From positions 1 to 27,811 of IMG/VR virus record IMGVR_UViG_3300033076_001166: 27,811 nt of DNA; one strand, 5' to 3'. The position numbers and the translations under genes are program-made. Below, piece after piece: positions 1 to 7,700 of this stretch. A model generated the notes under the pieces. That model made no database searches, was not told where the DNA came from, and saw nothing but the letters and a program-made list of their open reading frames with translations. The stretch's first letter is position 1. Every line of letters begins with the position of its first letter. Origin of the DNA: a virus (taxonomy: Duplodnaviria > Caudoviricetes).

Positions 1-2783
1 GTTGCTTTTGGGTTTTTACAAATAACTGCTCCAATTTTCTTTTTACCAAATGGAGTTGCAGTATCCCACATTTTCATAATTGCTTTAAATCTCCAATCGT
101 TTGAACCAACTTCATTTACCGATTCACCTCTTGGAATTCGGAATGTAGTTGCTTGCTTACCATTGATTGTTGGCATTCCATGGTCATCAGTTCCAATATC
201 TTTAACGGTAACTTTTTTGTTTTTAAATTTACCCATTAAAACCTCATCACCCTTATCAACATCCACATTAACATCTTCGTTGTAGATTTGTTTGTTGATT
301 CTACCATATTCTCTCATTAAGATTCCTGCAATTGCATGTGCTTGATTTTCTATTGGAGAACCATCTGCACCATCCGATACTGAATCTTTTATTAATCCCA
401 TTTCATCTTGCTTTCTATGAACCATCTCATGTGCAAGTGTTCTTAAAATATCAGCAGTTAATCTTCCTTCAGTTGCAACATATATTGTTTTATCATCAGG
501 GTTATAACCACCTAATGAAGTTTTTACTTCGGCGAATTCTCTACCACCAACTAATGTTATTTTTGGAGTTTCTTGTAATTTTAATCTTTTAGTTGCATAT
601 TCTATAAAATTCTGAATTGATTGTTGCTTTGATTCTGAAATATTTTCTTTCATCAAATCCATTGCCGTATTTTTCAAATCAGATTGAGGTTTATTCTTTT
701 TATATGATTCAATAGATGCCAACATTTGTTCATCTGACATCTTATATGTTCCCATTCGTTCACCTATTTTCTTTATTAGGTTCATCATCATATCATGTGG
801 ATTAGGCTGATTTGAATCCACACCTTCTGCAATTCCACCAGTTACAACACTCAATAATGCACCACCAACACCAGCTTGAGTTCCACCTAATCCCATAGAT
901 TCAAATGCAACATGCTTAACCATATCTTTACCCAAATGTGCGCCAAATCCCCATGCACCGTGAGTAAATGCGCTTGTTGCACCATGTAGTGCCGCATGTC
1001 CTATTGTACTTGCAGTAGCTCCGGCGGTTGTAGCCGCTCCGTATGCCCCTATTCCAGCCCCAGCTGTCATCATACTAGCACACATAATAGCGGCATCTTT
1101 TGCAGTACCTGTTATTCCTTTTAATTGTTCACTTCTCTCATACCAAGATTTTTTTGCCAATGCTAATTCTCTTGGAGATAAATCTTCTCTGAATACAGGT
1201 TCTTTTGTAGTTTTAGGTCTACCTCTCCAATCCGTTGCTTGTATAGGATTACCTTCTTCATCGTGAACATCGTGTCCATGACTATCCTTTTTATAAACAG
1301 GCACTTCTTTCATTTTATTACCCCAACCTTCAGCCGCACTTCCTCCTTGAGTATAATCAGACCAATGTACTTTTTTACCAGTTTCATCATCAGTAATTGT
1401 ACCCAACTTACCTGAAGTTGCAATTGAATACATTCCTTTACCAAACTCTTTATATTGGTCAACTTTATGAGCAATTACATGCCCAACTGCTTTACCAACT
1501 TTATGTAATTTATCTCCAGTCCAATCATTTAATTTTTCATACCAACCTTTTCTCATTTCCGATTCAGGGTTGTTAGCTTCTTCTGCTGATTTTTTATCAT
1601 CATCAGATAAATCAGCCATAGCATGATGTAATTTTTCTTTTACTTCTGCTTGTTTCTTTTCATCAGGACTCATTTCAGCAGCTGTTTTTAATTCAGCTCC
1701 ACTTAATTTTTGTTCCGGTGGAGGCGCTTGCTTTCCAGCTTCTTCGCCACCTTTTTTATCTGCGGTTGGTTCTTCTTTTTTCTTATCTACTTTGCCCTGC
1801 GCAGTTGCACCTTTATTAACAGGTTGACCAGGTTGAGATGGTTTAGGTTCGTTTGCAGGTGCATCCGATGGACCTTTAGCCATATGTTTTTTCTTCTCAG
1901 CTGCTGCTTCAGCAGGAGTTAATGCTCTTATCTTACCATTTTCGGATTTATGAGTAGCAGGTTGTCCTTTATCTTTACCATAATATCCTCCACCTAAATG
2001 GACTAATCCTAATTTTTCCCCTTCGGATTCTTCTTTAAAATATGTTCTAGTAAATTCTTCAAACATCTCTTCCATTGCAGCTCTACCAATTAATTCTGCA
2101 ATAGGGTCATAAAGATAATCTTCATCTGAAGTAGATTCAGGCGAATTTCTAAATTCTTTATTCTTCTTTTCGATATCTTTTACTTGCTCTTCTGAAGGAT
2201 AACCTCTATATAGTTCTTCATTTAATTTACCTGTTATCATATTGAATATATCTTTATCAAATTTTGGATATGCTTTTGTAAATCCTTTTTGTTTAGTTTT
2301 ATCATCACCCTTACTTAACCAATTACGAACATCAGTTCCACTAATAGCGTTATCTTCTGCTGGTACTGGATAGACATAACCAATTTCATCATAACCATAT
2401 CCTGTTTTTCCTTTGTATGGTTTAAAATATTTACCCGCTAATCTTGTTGCATCTTTTTCTCCAACTGCCGCAACATATGCAGTAGTCTTACCATCCATAC
2501 CATTTAAAATTTCTTTTGGAGCATATGGATTTTTAACCTGAACTATTTTGTTTGATGGAATACCAAACATTTTAGTCATTATAGTTTTCTTTTCAATAAA
2601 ATTAAAAGGAGATTTTGGTCCCGAAGTATCATTAGAAGTTCCTATATAGACATTGTTTGCCCCAAACTTAGAAACTAATTTCTGATAAGTTGCATAGTGT
2701 CCTTTATGGAAAGGTTGAAATCTACCAGCGTAAACTACTACTGTCTTTTTTATTTCAGGTTTATCTATTTCTTTTATATTCAT
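1..2783 (-). CDS. Large multidomain protein, 3' end outside the window (>927 aa): N-terminal cytidylyltransferase-like (HxGH) domain, low-complexity linker, Gly/Ala-rich hydrophobic segment, HExxH zincin-like metallopeptidase, further small domains
   Basis: Not in the ORF track because no stop codon lies inside the window. Manual translation from ATG at 2783 is open to position 3: MNIKEIDKPEIKKTVVVYAGRFQPFHKGHYATY...ISGTDVRNWL (HxGH and SxTxxR motifs). ADILRTLAHEMVHRKQ (HEMVH at 431-417) is followed by SPIENQAHAIAG. Confidence 0.9.
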   Translation of the reverse strand, partial: MNIKEIDKPEIKKTVVVYAGRFQPFHKGHYATYQKLVSKFGANNVYIGTSNDTSGPKSPFNFIEKKTIMTKMFGIPSNKIVQVKNPYAPKEILNGMDGKTTAYVAAVGEKDATRLAGKYFKPYKGKTGYGYDEIGYVYPVPAEDNAISGTDVRNWLSKGDDKTKQKGFTKAYPKFDKDIFNMITGKLNEELYRGYPSEEQVKDIEKKNKEFRNSPESTSDEDYLYDPIAELIGRAAMEEMFEEFTRTYFKEESEGEKLGLVHLGGGYYGKDKGQPATHKSENGKIRALTPAEAAAEKKKHMAKGPSDAPANEPKPSQPGQPVNKGATAQGKVDKKKEEPTADKKGGEEAGKQAPPPEQKLSGAELKTAAEMSPDEKKQAEVKEKLHHAMADLSDDDKKSAEEANNPESEMRKGWYEKLNDWTGDKLHKVGKAVGHVIAHKVDQYKEFGKGMYSIATSGKLGTITDDETGKKVHWSDYTQGGSAAEGWGNKMKEVPVYKKDSHGHDVHDEEGNPIQATDWRGRPKTTKEPVFREDLSPRELALAKKSWYERSEQLKGITGTAKDAAIMCASMMTAGAGIGAYGAATTAGATASTIGHAALHGATSAFTHGAWGFGAHLGKDMVKHVAFESMGLGGTQAGVGGALLSVVTGGIAEGVDSNQPNPHDMMMNLIKKIGERMGTYKMSDEQMLASIESYKKNKPQSDLKNTAMDLMKENISESKQQSIQNFIEYATKRLKLQETPKITLVGGREFAEVKTSLGGYNPDDKTIYVATEGRLTADILRTLAHEMVHRKQDEMGLIKDSVSDGADGSPIENQAHAIAGILMREYGRINKQIYNEDVNVDVDKGDEVLMGKFKNKKVTVKDIGTDDHGMPTINGKQATTFRIPRGESVNEVGSNDWRFKAIMKMWDTATPFGKKKIGAVICKNPKA

Positions 2784-2786
2784 GTG

Positions 2787-2795
2787 TATAAATAT
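2787..2795 (-). promoter_or_regulatory. ATATTTATA motif (putative phage late-promoter element)
   Basis: 3 nt upstream of ATG 2783. The same ATATTTAT core precedes five other gene starts in the window. Confidence 0.55.
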
Positions 2796-2801
2796 CTTAT
2801 T

Positions 2802-2837
2802 TAGTAGAGTTTTAGTAAGTGCTAGTCTTTTTTTAGG
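2802..2837 (-). repeat. Helically phased ACTA boxes (possible operator)
   Basis: Plus-strand TAGT at 2802, 2813 and 2823, and TAGG at 2834 (10-11 bp spacing), between the host-type promoter and the start codon. Confidence 0.3.
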
Positions 2838-2838
2838 T

Positions 2839-2870
2839 CAAACATACGAAATTTTTTTCAAATTTCCAAT
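2839..2870 (-). promoter_or_regulatory. Bacteroidota sigma-A-type promoter (-33/-7)
   Basis: Minus strand reads aTTG-gaaatttgaaaaaaatttcg(20 nt)-TATGTTTG. The -7 element matches TAnnTTTG and the -33 element is a 3/4 match to TTTG. Same layout as 20039-20070. Confidence 0.7.
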
Positions 2871-4279
2871 TAAAGTTTTACATTTATCATCCAAGCGTTA
2901 TCTGATATTTGCTCTTTTGATACCAATTCGTACTTAATTTGAGCTATACCATCTTCTTTATAATTTAATTTTTGTTTTTGCATTTCTAAAAAAAATCTTT
3001 TCTCATTTTTAGCAGTAGTTTCACCTTTAGCCCATTTACCATTTACAAATCCTTCATCTATGTGTGGCAATGAAAGAAATCTACCATCTCTTCTATATGG
3101 TATTGCGTTATTTAATATTTTAAAACTTTCTAAGGTGATATCAATATTATTATAAATTAATTCAGAATTTGTATCAGTTAATTCAAAATATGGTTTGATG
3201 CTATTATTTAATATCAGATTGGGTATTTCATCTTTAGTAAAAAATCTATCCCAAATTTTAACTTCAGCTATTTTTCCTTTTAAAAAATCAGCAACTGTGG
3301 TTGTTCTATCATCTGAATTTTTTCCAATATAAAAATCAGAAATTAATTTTTTTAATTTACCACTAAATACAGAATAACCATCTTCTATTATACCATTAGC
3401 TGTACTTTTAATAAGTTTATCGTTACAATAAAAATAAATATTACTACAATCTTCATTTACCGATAAAGTAACCCAAGTCCATTCATTGAAACTTCGTTTA
3501 ATCCATCCATAGTTAAATTCATTTTTAAAATTTCTAACTGATGAGCATAATGCTCTTGAATTATTAAATCCAATTCCATAACTATCTTTGGAATTATTTC
3601 TAAAAATTGGATATTCTATAAAAGACTTAGCATCATCTCCGATTAACCAATAATTATATTTTTCTTCTTGGCTTTCTACATTACATAAAATTGAAATGGT
3701 ATGAGAGCTAGATAATATTGAATTTAATTTTAATGAATTTGGAATATTAATGTAAGAGTTTATACCATTAAAATTAAAACATTTTTTATTTTTATATTCG
3801 GCAAAGATGTTATTATCTACCATATTTTCGTATATACATCTCCAAAATAGGTCATCATCTTCCATGCCCCAATCCCAATAATCATTAGAATAACCATTGG
3901 TTTTTTCTACTTGCTCTTTTGTAAATAACACCACTCCTCCAAAATATTGTTCGTAGTTCGTTTTGTATTTATACTTAGAAAGTCTCGTAGCTATATGTGT
4001 TGGGTATTCATATGGATAAGAATAATCACAATTATCATTTTCAGGCAACATATCTACATCGTGAAATGCTACATAATCACAACCATCTTCAAATGCATGT
4101 TTAGCTGCAATGTTTTTCATTGCCCCCCTGTTGAATAGTTTATCATCGCATTGATGTCCTATATAAAATTTATGAGGGATTCCTTTTTTATTTAAGAATT
4201 TAGTAAGATGTGGAATTAGAGTGTTTAAATGAGATTCTCTATTTCTATACGGAATGCATATTCCTAATTTATGTACCAT
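2870..4279 (-). CDS. GT7-family (beta-1,4-galactosyltransferase-like) glycosyltransferase with an inserted LamG/concanavalin-like domain
   Basis: GT7 motifs IPYRNRESHL, FNRGAMKN, FHDVDMLP (DxD), YFGGV and NGYSNDYWDWGMEDDDL. A LamG-like block follows (FNFNGINSYINIP...WTWVTL...FYIGK...KGKIAEVKIWDR), then the GT7 C-terminus (GRFLSLPH...NEKRF...DGIAQIKYEL...INVKL). Confidence 0.85.
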   Translation of the reverse strand: MVHKLGICIPYRNRESHLNTLIPHLTKFLNKKGIPHKFYIGHQCDDKLFNRGAMKNIAAKHAFEDGCDYVAFHDVDMLPENDNCDYSYPYEYPTHIATRLSKYKYKTNYEQYFGGVVLFTKEQVEKTNGYSNDYWDWGMEDDDLFWRCIYENMVDNNIFAEYKNKKCFNFNGINSYINIPNSLKLNSILSSSHTISILCNVESQEEKYNYWLIGDDAKSFIEYPIFRNNSKDSYGIGFNNSRALCSSVRNFKNEFNYGWIKRSFNEWTWVTLSVNEDCSNIYFYCNDKLIKSTANGIIEDGYSVFSGKLKKLISDFYIGKNSDDRTTTVADFLKGKIAEVKIWDRFFTKDEIPNLILNNSIKPYFELTDTNSELIYNNIDITLESFKILNNAIPYRRDGRFLSLPHIDEGFVNGKWAKGETTAKNEKRFFLEMQKQKLNYKEDGIAQIKYELVSKEQISDNAWMINVKL

Positions 4280-4294
4280 AACAATTTAAATAAC

Positions 4295-4732
4295 TTATAC
4301 AAATAATACTCCTTTTATAAGTATAGAATATTCTGAATAAGGAACATATAGCATATTTTCTGATAAAGATAGGTTTAAAAATGTACAATAATTTCTAACA
4401 CTAGCTCTTTCTATAAATTCAAAAGTATTTATTTTAACATTTTCTAATTTATAGTTTAAAATGTTTATTTCTTCATTTTGTAAAAATCTATCATATAATT
4501 CATTCATAAAAATACTTTTAATAGAATCTTCATCTCTTATCAATAATTCTGATAAATTATGAAATTTAATCCCATTTATAATATAGTATGTGTTAGTTTT
4601 TATAGGAGTAATTTTTATAATTTTTTCTGTTTTATATCTTTGCTTAGATATAGACCATCCACTAACAGAATTTTGTAATTCTAATAAATTTATTTTTAAA
4701 TTGTTATATTTTAAATATTGATTTATATCCAT
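4295..4732 (-). CDS. Hypothetical protein; likely a catalytically inactive stand-alone Hint-fold paralog
   Basis: 145 aa. Aligns by eye, colinearly, to the upstream Hint domain (NTYYIINGIK vs NQYYLINNNLK; FLNLSLSENMLY vs TININIEENDVY; SILIK vs DILVH) but lacks Cys1, TxxH and HN. Its start overlaps the upstream stop (TAATG). Confidence 0.6.
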   Translation of the reverse strand: MDINQYLKYNNLKINLLELQNSVSGWSISKQRYKTEKIIKITPIKTNTYYIINGIKFHNLSELLIRDEDSIKSIFMNELYDRFLQNEEINILNYKLENVKINTFEFIERASVRNYCTFLNLSLSENMLYVPYSEYSILIKGVLFV

Positions 4733-7700
4733 TATTTTGTTGGTGCTGCATTGTGAACTAAAATATCATTTCCAAAATAAACATCATTCTCTTCTATGTT
4801 TATATTAATGGTTTGAATTATATCATCTATTATATCAATGGATGTGATTACTTCAAATTCATTATTAGATTTAAACAAATAATCACCAATAACCAAATTT
4901 TCAGCCATTACAAACATACAAACATCATTTCTTTTTATAAATATTGGATGCTCAAATGTGGCTTTAAGATTATTGTTAATTAAATAATATTGATTAAATG
5001 TATCATCTTGAATATTATAAATAATAGATAAACCTTCTTCATAAATGAATTCAGATGTTTCAAATGTTTTCCAAGCCAGTTCAGAGCCAGCCGCTAATCC
5101 ATTAATTGATAAGCTTTTAACGATGTCTCCAATTTCTAAATCTTCTACATTTTTATAAGAACCATCATACATTAAAACTTTAGTACCATAAACCAAACAA
5201 CCACCACCTGCGGCACATGCACAATTTGTATTTATTGCATCCGATTTATGTACTATTGGTGCCGAATCGCCACTTGTACCCTCACATCCTGATACCGAAT
5301 ATGGTGTTATTCTAGCTATTACAGGTATATCACATTCAAATCCAGCTAAAGAAAAACTATAATTTGTATTATATACTCTATTTGTTGCGGATGCTAATTC
5401 CATTATTACCGTACCATACCCATCTGTACTAAACCATTGTATTGTATAGTATGAGTTTGTATTTGAATCATTTGAAGCTCCTCTATCTACTCTATATGTA
5501 AATGAAGAACATGTTGGATTAATACTAATAAAACTATATGTTCCAGCACTACCTGCTGCATAATTTGAATATGAATATGTAGTTCCCGTTACCAAAACAG
5601 TACCACCACTATCTAATAATCTTACTCTATAATATTTTGTAGAAGTTCCAGATACCGTTATAAATGCGTTATACATTGTATTAGCAGCAATTCCTGCGTA
5701 GGTGTATGCTGTATCTGTAAATGTAGAATTGTCTGTACTTTCTTGAACGGTCAATCTATATGCAGTATCAAGTTGACCCGTTGTATACTCAATATATATT
5801 CCACCACATTGTCCTGTTGCGGTAGTTCTATTAACTACATTTGTCGCAGACCTCGTTCTTAAAACAATGTAATAATTAGTTGGTTGTTGTGTATTGTTAG
5901 AAGCCTTTTGCCCATGTAATGTGTATGTAGCAGTAGCACCATAAACAGATGGTGCTCTTAATAATGCCATTAATTTCCAATTCCCACTACCACCCGAATA
6001 GGTATTGTTACCTGTTGTATCATCCGAATTAAACATTTGAAATGATTTCTTAGTTAAAGCACTAATACCACTATAAGGACTTCCAACAAAATCAACCGTA
6101 CCTTCTACATATGAACCATTACTAAGTAGATAATTGAATGTTCTAAACATACCAAATGTAGGAGTACTACCAGCCGTAACAGATACATCTATCGTAGTAT
6201 ATGCACCTGGAAATGTAGAGTAAGTTCCTTTACTATCCATACCACTTACAACATGTTCCGATGCAACTACTACATCATTTACGGTCATATTATCGATAGT
6301 AATACTTGTTCCGGTAGAAAATGTTGTGCTAGTGTAATTTGAAACCGAACCTGGGTTTATAATTACAGGTGGTGATGTTTGCGATGGACCAATGTATCCG
6401 TATACAGTTGGAGCACCATTCTCATTATATAAATCAAATGTATAATCATAATCTTGAGTAGTTGCACTTTGCTGAGCTGATGTGAATTCATTACCCCAAG
6501 TATCGGTAAATTTAACCCTAATTAAAGTAGTTCCAAATGTACCAGGGTCATACGATGAACCCATATCTACCCAACTACTACCATTATATCTTTGAAATGT
6601 ATATGTTAAAGCATCTAAATTTCCATTGTAATAATCAATTGAACCATCCGGTCCAGTCAATGTACCACTTCCCAATCCCAATTGAATTTCAGATGTACCT
6701 TTATATACATAAATTGTAACACTCCAAGAGCAACTAGCAGGCGTTAGTCGTTTTCCCCTTACTACATATGATTTCGAAGATGATAGAGTAGTTTCATCTC
6801 CATTAAAAAAGAAATCATAAAAATGCATCCCTTCACCTGAACTGTAAGTTTCATTTATTCTATATTCTCTGGCATAAAAAGTTAATGTTTTTGTAGTACC
6901 TACATCAGCCGCAGTTGGTACATAACCAAATGAAACAGTCCTAGTTTTTCTACAATATGTAGAATTGGTTGATATACCATAATATCCCAATGCAGTAGAA
7001 ACGGGTGCTGTTTCATCATTTACAGTTGTGCCTGAAAATGATGCTGGATTTGTATTTTGAGATAAATAAGCAAATGCATAGTTATCATATGTACTACCTG
7101 CTAAATCATAATACCCACCAATAGGAGGGCCATACGATATATACTCAACATTGTGAATTATATTATTACCTCTAATCGCATAAGTACTAACTATTCCACT
7201 ACTCAAAGTAGAAGTTAAACTAGCTGGTTCATTTGAAACAGTTATCGAAGAACCTATTAATTGATGTAAATAGTAATTACTTCCATCTATCGCATATTTT
7301 AAATACGCTTGTATTGCAGCATACCCAACAACACTATTACCACATTCTGCTGAATCGTACAAAGAGAATGTAGCTGAATCAAAACTTGTAGCTGAATCGG
7401 ATATACTAGCTTCGGCTATTCCCGCAGGAGAAACATCGGTGCCAGTTGGCCTCGTTACATAATAACTATTTACTGAAATTTTTGTAAAATTACCACTACT
7501 TCTACTTATTCTCGCTACAACACTACCAACTTGAGATAAAGTGCCAGATGATGGAACTCCAGCTATTGAATATCCATACGATTGATTGGGATATCCATAA
7601 ACAGTTATAGCTGTTTCGGTAGTATCAGATGTTGTATAAGTGCCACCACTAGCAACAATTCTATAAGTCCAAGTCTGGTCAGATGTTGGTGCTGTATATG

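Noticed and set aside
1-2783. Apparent 2.8-kb gene-free region suggesting stop-codon recoding or non-coding RNA
   Set aside because: It is one continuous minus-strand ORF in the standard code that runs off the window edge. All other genes are intact under the standard code.
4750-5199. Mobile intein
   Set aside because: No homing endonuclease, the +1 residue is Ala, it is terminal, and the host protein is structural; better described as a Hint/BIL-like domain.
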